Origin: Candidatus Magasanikbacteria bacterium RIFCSPHIGHO2_02_FULL_48_18
GTDB taxonomy: Bacteria; Patescibacteriota; Patescibacteriia; Magasanikbacterales; UBA922
Assembly: GCA_001784285.1 (NCBI GenBank)
Contig: MFQC01000001.1
Span: 29,780-93,779, forward strand
Length of the DNA: 64,000 nt
Reading direction: 5' to 3'
Each line of letters opens with the position of its first letter. Within the stretch, counting starts at the first letter, position 1. Below, piece after piece: positions 47,483-59,400 of the stretch. The notes beneath the pieces were generated by a model, which saw only the letters and a program-made list of their open reading frames with translations, did not search any database and was not told the origin of the DNA. The position numbers and the translations under genes are program-made.

Positions 47483-50400
47483 TTATTGGAGCCCGCCGCT
47501 ATTGGGGCATTGATCCGTACCCGTAAGCGCACAAGAACCCGGATTCACCGCGTTTTGTACATCGCAAAAACAGGTCCGAATCTTTTGCTGGCTTTCTATT
47601 TTTATATCACCATTTCCATCTTTCACCAAATTAAACACATGCCAATACTCCGCGTTTTTGTTGGTGCTCGTTCCTTTTGCTTCGGTAATGGGAAATACTT
47701 GATCCGGAAGATACATCGCTGACAGTGGGTCGTCGGCGTTGGTAAAGGATTTTGGTTTGTATAATTCTACAATAAATGACGTATTGTTTTGATCTTCAAA
47801 AATTGAATGGGTAATATTCTTTACAAAAAACCCAAGCTTGTCCCCATTGTTGAGCGGATTGGTGTTGATGGTGAAGGATTGCGCGTTGATTTGACCAATC
47901 TGTCCATAGGGATGAACAAAAATACTTCCGCCATACCCGGAACATCCGTCCGGATACCAATATTTTATAGCGTTACTCGTTGTTTGTTTTATGGTATCAC
48001 AAAAATTTTGGCTGGCGGCAAGTGGATTTACGGTCGGGTAGGACCCAGATTTTATTTGGGGGCCGGTGGCGGGATCGTGATACACGTGTGGAAGAATATC
48101 ATTTTTCCCAAAACTGTTCCCCCACCGTACTACCACGCGATACGTATTTGGTGGCGTTGCCGGAGAAAGCAGGAATTCGTTCTTGATATCCGCGCCGGAG
48201 ACATTGAGTGGGTATGGAAAATAACTGCTGTTTGCCACGGAAGAAAAAGTAGTTTTGTACGCGGCGGAACAAAGCGCGCTCCCTTCAATAAGAGGACTCC
48301 CGCTAAAGGTATTATAATCCATAAATGCAGCGGGCATATCTTTCTCTGAACCAATTTTCTTTTTGTTCGCCCCGTCCGGTCCTACTTTGTACAACGACAA
48401 TTTCATTTTTTTTCTCCACTCGTCACCCATCTGAACGCTGTTACCGAGCATAACATTCATAACTGACCACTGTGCTTTCTTTCCTGTAGTGGCTTCTCCG
48501 CACAGCACGCAGCCACTCACTAAATTGAGGCATTGATTTTCGCAAGCAAAACTCCCGTAGCCATACTTCGGGTCTGTAGTTGCATCGCCATCATCGGTAT
48601 AAAGGCTCTCACACGTAATTGGACTCGCAAGATTGCCCACCTTCTTTTGAACCACCTGGCCGGTTGCGGCAACCATGTCACACTGTTCACTGCTGCCAGT
48701 ATTCACTTTTGCGTCACCACAATATCCGGTTGCCGGCTTGGTTATTTCGGTACATTCTTTGGTACAATAGGTACATTCAAGATTATACCCCGGCGTGCAT
48801 TCTTTCCCGTTGGCACTTCCGAGGTCGCACTGTTCGCCCTCGTCAAGCGTTCCATTGCCGCATCCGGTTTCCGACTGCGTTCCCTGAGCCGCTCCCGCGT
48901 ATATGCCATCGCAAATCAGGGCGACACTTTTCAGTGATTGGTCCTGAGCCGCCGTCTTATCTGTTAAATTTTGTGGACAATATTGCGGCCCTTCGGGCGG
49001 GTCGACTCCAACCACAAAGCCAAGACATCCCAATCCATACGCGCGACAAATATCAGTACCTGTTGTTTCGGAAACACACGCAGAAATGGGCGTTCCCTGA
49101 AAAGAAGTTGGCGCGTCATAATCGCCTTTGCCAAGATAGATCCATGTGGTATTGGCCGCGGCATTCTTCACTTCCTTGAGATACGGATTTTGCGCTTTAC
49201 ACGCCACATTTTCTTTTTGGCATGCGGGCGTACAGCCATCAAGCGCGGTATCGTTGCCGTCATCACACGCTTCATATTGCGCATTGACCTTTCCGTCACC
49301 GCAATATCCGCCATAACTGGTGCAATCCCAAGAACATGAAAGCTCTTTAATAGTGTGATAGGTCGGGCCTGAAGAAACGTTCTTGACACAACTGCCTTTA
49401 TCTTCCACAGTGGGAGTAAACAAAGAATCAATATATGTTTGTTCATTAAACGACTGATTATTCGCGGCTTTTGTCAAATTTTCTATGGAGAGCAGTTTGG
49501 TTGCCACAGGGACATTTTCACAATCGATGGATTTGTCGCAGAGAATGCCGGGATCTTTAAAACAACGGCCCGTAAATTTAGTGCACTCCTCAGGGTAAAT
49601 GGAAAAACCAAAGTCATTATCATCCCCGAACGAGCCCAACAATCCATCGAAGAGAGCGCTAAATACTTTTGCGATGCTATAATTGTTAAACGCGAACGAC
49701 TTTGTATTGAGATAGGTAAACGCGTTTTGGCAATCTACTTTTGAATTCAATCCGGTGAAGCATTGGAGAAGCCATTGTTCAAAATTTGCATCGCATTGCA
49801 TGCGCGTGTAGGTGTTATTATTGGCAGGAAGAACAAACGCCGGCGCCGCGGAAAGTTTTTCACATAATAAGCCCACATTGTTAAAGTATTTGCCGTCGCC
49901 GCATTTGGACTGTTCAAACTGGCATATCGCACTGCATCCGTCTAAGGAAGCGGTGTTTCCATCGTCGCATCCTTCTCCAAGCTCCACTTTACTGTTACCG
50001 CATTCTGCGATTGGTTTGCATGACGGCGATTCTGCCCAGGCGCAATCCGCGCCGCACAAACCAATATAGGCCTCGCTAAACGCACAATTGCCACCTGCCA
50101 CATACACCGTGCTATTTGGCGATTCGCATTCTTCTCCTTGATTGAGATTTCCATCACCACATACGCCGGCAAATGGACTCATAAACGTCCCCGGCTGACA
50201 CGCCTGCGCCGTGGTATAGAAACTCGTCATGTAGGCCTGGCCTTCGCAGTTATCATGGAACCCATTATTATTACTGTCTTGTGCTGGATTGTTTGGAATA
50301 AGACTCAACCCTAAAAATGATACGTCTGATACATTTATTATGCCATCGCAGTTAAGGTCTGCCTCTTCAACCGATACAGAAAGACAGTCTTTCGTCCCAT

Positions 50401-53400
50401 CCCATTGATATGGGCTAAGACTTGCCGGAATTATTCCGTTCTGAACGCCTTCCACATAAAGATTCAGCTGGTTCAAACAAGTTTGATCCTCGGAATTGAC
50501 AACATTATCCCCGTTAATATCCCCGGGAATATATTGCTTATCCGCATACCCGAGAATAGTAAACTCTTTAAATTGTTTTAAATCAGTATTGGAAAAATAT
50601 TCCATTGGCGCGTGAAACGCATATTTCTTATTTGACGGGGCAAAGGTGTATTCATAGATGCTTGATTGGAGCGGACAATGAAACGCCGGCGTTTTGCTTT
50701 CCCAACAGGTTTGCTGATCTTCTGGATCACATTCGGACCACTGATTGAGCGGATCATTGGGCATCCCGAAGGTAATTTCTTTCGAGAGGGTCTGCACCCA
50801 CGACGGCCAGCGGGAATTGGTATAGTATGGAATAAAAGTCCCGGCCTGAAGATCGGGGTAAACATTGCCATGCATGCTGTAATATTGGAACATGGCTTCC
50901 TGCACATCCCGAATATCTTCGAGACGCGACAAATCTCGCTTCAATTTTGTCCGATAATTATGGCAGGTGGTGAGTGGAACGGTTTCGACGATTTCCGGTG
51001 CATATCCAAGACAGGTATTAAACCCGCTACAATCCGTATTGACACTGCAAGACAGCGGCGGAAGGGTGTTGGTCAGGACCAATCCCTTTTCCCCGACGAC
51101 CCATATCGTGTCCTTGTCTTTCGCAAAAAGCCCCAAATATTTTCCCATGACGGCATTCGCCCCCTGATTCCAAATGACGTGCCATGTGTTTCCGCCATCC
51201 GTCGTCTCCACCAAACGGCGCTGTTCTGACAAAGCGAGCACATACTGGCCATCGGGTGAAACAAAGATATCTTTAAATGTAAGCTGTTTTACTTGAATTG
51301 CATTCAATCCATCAACGGTATTCTTTAATGCCCATGTTTTCCCTCCATCATTGGTAAACAACAACTTGCCCCCGTCGCCAACGACCCATCCATTGGTTTT
51401 CGATGAAAAATGCACTCCATAAAGCTCGGAATCCACATTGCTATTTTGCACTATCCATGTTTTTCCTCCATTTGTGGTTGCCAATATTGTCCCTTCCGAA
51501 CCAACAACCCACCCATAGTTTCTATCAAAAAAGAAAACCCCATGAAAATAGACCGACTCTTTTCCTTTTGGCGGTTGTTGTTTTTGCCAAGTTTTCCCAG
51601 TATCCCAAGTCCAAAGAATAATTCCATTCGTTCCCGCAACCCACCCTGTCGATGCATCGCCAAAACTTATTGCTTCGAGTGATGTGCCGGGATCGGTAAT
51701 AAACCTTTTCGTGTCAATGGATTCCCACGTTGTGCCACCATCGGTTGTCTCCATAAATGTTCCCACCCTTCCGGCAAGCCACCCATGATTTTCATTCAAA
51801 AAAAGAACGTCTTCAATAATAATAATACCGGAGCCAGGAAGATTGGGAATGGTAATAGGAGCCCACGTCTTGCCGCTGTCCTCGGTTTTAAGTATTTTTA
51901 CTTCTCCAGATTCGGTTCCAATCCACCCCTTGTCTCCAACAAAAGTTATCGTATTGAGACCAACCGAGACACCGTCCACAACAACTTGAGCATACCCTTC
52001 ATCCACCATACATGCCCCCGCTTGTTCTTCGGTCACATTTTGAATCACGGCATCTTTGCAGGACAAATCTGAATCGCACGAAAGCGACTGGGCGATATTG
52101 ACGTTCGTCCCGTCCCCACAATACGGATCATCGGGAATATTGATATTAAAGGTTAAAGAATTGATGATTTGTGTAAAGACGTTTTTTGTGCTCGCCTGCG
52201 CGTCGGTATTGATACTAAATAAATAGATATTACTGTACCACTTGTTATTCGCGTCATCTTTGTTGAGAACATTGATATAATAATTGGATCCGTCGGTAAT
52301 CGCCTGGTAGCCATCCACTTCAACCGCTTGAAACCCCCCGACCTGAAACCCTTTGTATTCTTTGAGCCAGGCAATCGGCGAAAGCCGTTTTGGATTTTTA
52401 AATATCTGGAGACCGACGAGATCGTCATTTTGATTATTGAAAAAGCCAAGTTTGATAATTGACAACGGATCCTGCGTCGCGAGCGTGGTTTCGACATTCA
52501 AGAATGGCAGGTCATCAAGCGCCGTTCCGGGGGCTCCTGCGTCCGAACAATACCACATGGCGACATGAAACGCGCTCGGATCGGCTTCGGACCATGGTTT
52601 CCACGTCCCGTCGGACTTTTTTGCAGGCCACGGTTTTTCACAAAACACGGCAAACAAATCGGTAGACGCGGAAAATACTTTACCAACGTGGTTATTGGTA
52701 ACCTCCGCATCGGCAACGACGGTCGCGTTGACAAAACCGGTTGCCTCTCCTTGAACGGTTTTCGAGCCAATCGCAATCGTATCGGTCTTCCCATCAGGAT
52801 CCGGAGAGTCAGGATGCGGAATGGTAAACAGTTCATTTTCTTTTGGACCCCAATCCCATTCCCAATCATACACAGACGAAATTGGAACAATCTGCTGATT
52901 GTTTTGTGAGTTTGTTATAGCATGAAACGTGGACGTGGTATTTGGCGCGTCAAACAAATAACTGTCCGGCTCTATGGAAACTCCGGCTAATTTACACACG
53001 GCATTTCCGGTTTGAAACACCCATATATCGTCTCGGCTCGTGTTTCCCGACTCCGGATTTTTGATACCAACCCCTTTTACATCCGCGATACCGCCCAATC
53101 CGCCTCGAAGCATCACCGCGTACACCGTGTCGAATTGTAACAGTTTGTTGATCACCAATGAAACCGTACTTGAAACCACCTTGTCGTCACTATTTTTTGT
53201 ATAGGCCACCTTTGGCACTGCGGTCACGCTGCCGCTGCACCACACACTCATGTCATCGACTGCATTTGCAAATTCGGTTGCTAATACATCGCGTCCAAAT
53301 AATTTGGCAAAAAATTGTTTCACGTGGTTCCATAATTTCACGAAAAAACTCTGCTCAGAACCGACATCGTTATACGCAAATGTGGCCTGTACCATATCCG

Positions 53401-56400
53401 TAACATCTGCTTCTCCTTGAGCGGCACAATCAAAATTTTTATCTTCATGACCATTGGTAATCACAAAATTGCCGGGAACGGTGAGTGTATTTTCGTCAAT
53501 CGCGCCGTCAAATGTTACTTCAATATACGTATTTGGACACGCCGGCTCATCGGCTAGACCGGTGCCGTCTTGCGGATATTCTGAGGTTCGTTTCGGTCGT
53601 GGATAGCAACAGGAATTTTTTCCAACACCAAATTCATTATCCGGATTCTCCACACAATTATTATAGTCATCATTGTCATCCGGTGCTTGAAATTCGGTAA
53701 AACCGCATTGAAGACTATAGTCTGCCAAACCGGTAATCGAAACGCCCGGTGTCGTACTGGTATACCACCCATCGAGGGTTGCCTCTATCTGCGTACTTTG
53801 CGCGAATGAAACCGGATCAACCGCTCCATTTCCCACTGCGGTAACCAATTGGAGCGGATTATTTCCATGAGTATTTCCCGTGGCAGAAACTTCACACATG
53901 GCATATTCTCCGGCGTCTACAATGGTATTGCCGCAAAGCGATGGCTCCGGGTACAAAAGCGACGAACCCGCAAACGTACAATCTTTCAAACAGCCAGCGT
54001 CCTGCGTTGGATCACATTGTTCAAGGGCCGTACCACACACATCTTGCAAGAGACAGCTTGCGCCGCATTGTTCTTCTGACGCGTTGACAACTGTTTCTAC
54101 AAAATTGCCCGACCCGTTGACTATCCATTTCTTTATTTGCGTTTCACTCTGCACTTCGCATTCTTCTCCCTTTTCAAGGTAACCATTTCCACAGACGCTC
54201 GCGGATTCTTTGCAAAGAGGCGAAGAGGATCCTTCACAAAGCCATGCTTGCGGCTGCGTCCCGGTGTGAACACACGTATTGGTACAATTTATTTTTGAAT
54301 TCCATGGCGTTGCTCCAGCTTTTTCGAGAGAAATCCCTATGTCGCATGCTTCGCCAAGCGTAAGCTGCCCATCGCCACACCAGGATTGACCCACTTTGGT
54401 CGGGTCAAAAAGACTGTATGGTTCGGACCCCACCAATCCCTCTGCTGTGGCTTTGCTTTCGGTGAACAAACAGGATTCCGTACAGTAGTCGGTCGGGTCC
54501 ATGCCCCAATCACAATCTTCTCCCGGATCCTGGGTGCCATTGCCACATAGATAGAGCGATTCTGCTTCTTTTGCCGTAAAAACACTCCCTTTGGGAAGAC
54601 AATTTTTGGTACAAAACGGCTGCAACGATGCCGGAGAAATAAAATTGGTCACGGACGCGACATTCTGGTTCAGCGTACCCCATGCGTAGCCATAATCCCA
54701 CTGATTTAACAATTGGCCGTACTTGCTGCATTCATTGGGGCTTGCCTTTGGCTGCGCAGTAAAGAGTGTTTTTTCACCAATCACATATGCAGAAAAGGGA
54801 TTGGGCAAGACATTCAACCCATCCGCCGTACAGGGCACGGTACTGTCTTTTGTTTTAAATACCCAAGAGGTTGGCGGTAATTGTTTCCCTACTTTTGCCA
54901 GATCATTTTTTGACCCTGCGGACATAATACCAATCTGCCCGTCATAGATTCCGGCAACCGGCGACACGGTTTGGCCGCCCACCGTGTTTTCTTCATTTAA
55001 TGCCACTTTATAATACGTATTTGGCTTGAGCATTTCGCCGGGATTTAAGGTCGCTCGCAAAATAAAATTGGTTTGAAGAGCGGGATTGAGCGGCACGAAG
55101 AGATTGGTCACATTCGTCAAATTCGCACAATTGGCGTTGGCGCACTCAAACACGGCAAATCCATTGGCATAGGTCGTTTTATCCATGTAGGTATCAAATT
55201 GAACCATAATCCCTCCATTGATACAGGCTTCCGCGCAGTTTGGTTCAAAATATGAAACGCTGGGATTGCTCAAGTTGATAGTGAGCTCGCTGGGGATTGC
55301 ATTCAGAATTTCCGTTATGTTGCTTCCAACATCAAGAAAATCAGTATCAATGCCAGCAGTATTATTTTTGATTGAAAAATTACTGACTGCCGTTATATCG
55401 ACAAAACCAGGCGTGGTATTTTCAAGAGCGATTGCATTCCCAAAATCATCATGATTTGGGATATTTTGTACGACAAGCGCGGTTGCCTTTGCTTCGTCGC
55501 TCGTTGCCCATTGCCACCCCAACCCATTCACTTCAAGCACATTGCATGCTTTATCGCTTTTTCCCATAAGCATGTAATAGAACAGGGCATTGGGATCATT
55601 TTTTGTTGCGGTCAATACATCATTCACCGTAAAAAGACCTTTCAGATTCGCCGTGTCATCATTGGCAAACGCCTGCCCCAATAATACGCCAAGATACGAC
55701 ACTTCTTTTTCCGGGGGTTCGATGCCAACGGATGAGAGTACGCATGATGAGCCGGTCTTGAATTCAAAACAATAGACCGTATCCTCCGCATTCAACGGAT
55801 CACAGTGAAGAACAGCACTCTTCCCCAGAGGAATAGTGACATTTTCTTTTCCTGGCCCCAAATTTTGCGGCGCGCTCTGTATGCCGGAGAGAAGCTCGAC
55901 CCTATACCACACGCCGGGATCCAAATTGCCTTGGCTAAAATCGCCCTTAATGATTTTCAAAATATCTTGTCCGCCGCCAATATATTCCAATCCCTTTTCC
56001 TCTAAAGATGCAAAAGGAATCAGGATGGGATTATCACCGCAATCGCTTTGTTCTCCACTGCCGCAGGTATATATTTTGACCGTCTCTTCATTGAAACTCG
56101 CGGCATCCATGGGCATGGTAAATTGGACCGCCACCGTGCCATTCACGCAGGCGTCTGCGCCGCCTTCCCAACCGCTCCATGGCACCGGCGAGGGAAATGG
56201 AACAGCGACACCGGCAACATTCCAATTCAATACGTCACACTGTTCCACCACATGCGGCGAAACCGGAATTTTGCCCGTAGAAAACCGCCAGACATACCCT
56301 GCCTCTCGACTACCACCGGCACAGAGCGCGTTTTTAAGCTTCCACTGTCCAACGTCGCCGCCGGTCTCACAACATTGATATTGCGCGGCGTACTGATTTT

Positions 56401-59400
56401 TGAGGTCCTGGCCCGCGTTTCGGCAATCCGCGGCCTCATACATCACCCAGTTGCTTTGTTCGGTGTCAACCTGCACCTGTATTGGTCCTTTTTTCATGGA
56501 ATACCCACCAAGGGACGCGTCTTTGACAGGAAACAGCGTTTGAATTTCTCCATCGGTCCACGCGGGAATATCCTCGGCCACCAATGGCGGGTTTATAAAA
56601 CCCGGTATCAACTCGGAAATATCTTTATTAGGATCAAACCAATCATTGTGCGTCGCGGAAAGCCATGTTGATGGCGTTGTTGTGACGGCTCCTTGCGTCC
56701 AAAAATACGTTATGGCGCTTCCTGAACCAAAATTTTTCCCAACAATTTTTACTTTTTTATTGATATCCAAAATCGGCGAGTTACCCGCCTTGGGCGTCAA
56801 ACTGCAGATGCTTGGTTTTGGCGCGCCATTCTGCACTTCAAATGTTTTTGCCCCATCAGTAGAAAATAAACTGTTATTGATAAGCGCAAGCGCATATTCC
56901 TGAAAACCCACTTCCGGAACCTCCACAATCACTTGGGTGTTGGTCCATGTTTCAGAACACCCAAGCGGAAATTGCTGGCCCATTTCGAAACACCCATCTG
57001 CTGCTGTCGGCGTTTGATTATTTGCTTTTTTCTGAACACACCCAAGCACGGCCTCCTGATCTTCGGCAAGATACACCTGGCCCGACGTGCCAAACCCTTT
57101 CCCAAAAATTGTCACGTAACTTTTTGGCGTGGATGTCGGCGGGTTGATGCTCTCAATAACCGGCTGAAGATCTTCCGTATTTTTTACAACGGTAAATGGA
57201 ACGCCGTTACTGTTTTCTCCGCCCACGGTCACGACAACCCCGACTGCAAGGCTCTCCGCTCCTTGGGTGTCAATCGAGGGAACAGTGGTTTTGATATTTT
57301 CAGAAGACCAATCACCGGTTTTGACAGACGCAGGGATGTTGCCAAAGGCAATCGCGCTTTCATTTTGAGTATTTTGAAACCCGCTTCCTTCGGCTAAAAC
57401 CGGCGTATTGACGGTTCCGGCGGTCTGTCCGGTTGAGACGCCATTTTCATCGAGAACTGTAACCCCGCAAAGACCAGGCCGTTCTACGGTATTTTTTTCA
57501 AACATGCCCACGTATGGCAAGTGGTCATCCACTGTTGAGTCTGTCATAGGGGCAACAATCCCCGCAGGTTTTTCCGAGGCGGCTCTTTCAATTTGAATTC
57601 CGCTCTGAGACGATTGCGGCAAAACAGTATCCTCTGGAACTTCGGCAATAATCCAGGAATCACGCCAGGTATCGGTATTACAAGAAACAATCTCTCCGGA
57701 AATAGCATAGCCTTCACCATCCTGGGACACAATTTCTCCATCGTCATTGGTATCTATGCCAAATCGAATTTGTCCGGCATCGTCGCCAAAATGGGCGCCG
57801 AGGATGGTCACCCAATTTCCTGACGCGCCGTCGAGAGGATCCACGCCCGTAATGGTCGGCCACTCGGTACAGGTACATTCGGCTTTAGGAGTGCCGGAAC
57901 AAAACTCTCCAGACGTATTATCAATACATTTTTCATCCGCCGGGCACTGTGCGTCCGTCGTGCAATCATTGCCGGAGGTAAACGGACAAAGCGAAGGATC
58001 CACGCCCGGAAGCGGTTTTCCAAATTGATCACACTCTCCGGAACCCCCATTGACCATAAACGGAATACTCTTTTTTGTTTCATTACCGTCGATATCGTGG
58101 GCGGCAATCACCAACCAATATGTTTTGCCAACCGTAAATGTTTGCCAGACATAATCCACGATATCAATAGGAAACGGTTGCGAAGAGCCAATACTCACGA
58201 CAGGGCCGTCCACATAATAATTTTGAAAAAGCGACGGACCATTCGGACCAGTCGCGCTCACATGAACCAACGCATAACTCACTCCCCCAAAATTGTTTGG
58301 GGCATAATCGTCAACCACAGTCTTGAGTGTATATTGACTGCCTTTTTGCAATAACAGTGGAGCGTTGCCGATTACTTTCATGCCGTTGACAAACACATCG
58401 CCAATGGTGGGTTTGACAAAGTCAAAATAAATTTGATCTGCCAAAAAAGACGCACTTAAAGGATACGAAACGCCCTCCTCATCCATATTTTCAAGAACAT
58501 CGCCTGCCGCGTTTGTTACCGTATCATTGATCTGAATCGCATAGTCTGCGTTTGTATCAAACGGAAGACAGACATCGCTTGATACTCCCAAACTTTTCTC
58601 TGCGAAGTATTGCTGTACCTGTGCCGCGGACAATCCTTGCGGCAAGCTCTGGAATGAAAAGAGGGTGTAATCAACACCGGCCATTTTTTCAGCAATCTTC
58701 CAAGGAGCGGCCGACGGGACAAACGGCGGAGGAACCTCTTTTGATTCATCAATAAGCTGGCCGGCCTTATTATACATTTTTAAACTATTGTTCTCCCAGG
58801 TGATAATATACTGATTCGGCTGTCCCACGACAAAAGATGATTTCTTATCACACACATGTGGAGAATTTTGCGTGGTCGGATTGTTTATCGCATACTGGCT
58901 GATAAAACAAAATCCGCCTCCGCCCGCGAAAAAAAGGAAGCCATATTCCATAAAATTTGGCGTATTCCCATTTTTATAAATCAACCGCTCTACGCCGCCG
59001 CCTGCGGGCAGTGGATCGTCAAGTTGGAGCGTCAATTCCATGGTCATGGGCTGGGCCATATACGGCAACAGATCTTCTCCCGGAACCGTTTTTGTTTTTG
59101 ACACACTGTCGACAAGGTATCCTTCTTCTCCGGGATCAATACCGGACACCTGAAGCAAATCAACCCATGGCAGGTCATGAATGAGAGGTTCCGGAAAACT
59201 GCAGGAATCACCGCCGGCGTACACTCCCTCGGCGACATAACTTTTTTCTTTTAGCGCAGTCTGCAAATCATAAGACTGACCATTTTTTTCAAGATGAAAA
59301 ATCGTATTCGCGTCGATAGAGCCGATGGGCTGACTAAAAATAGCCCGAACACGAATATTGTTCATTTTTGTTCCCGGAGGAGCCGCCGGCGTGCTTGGCG

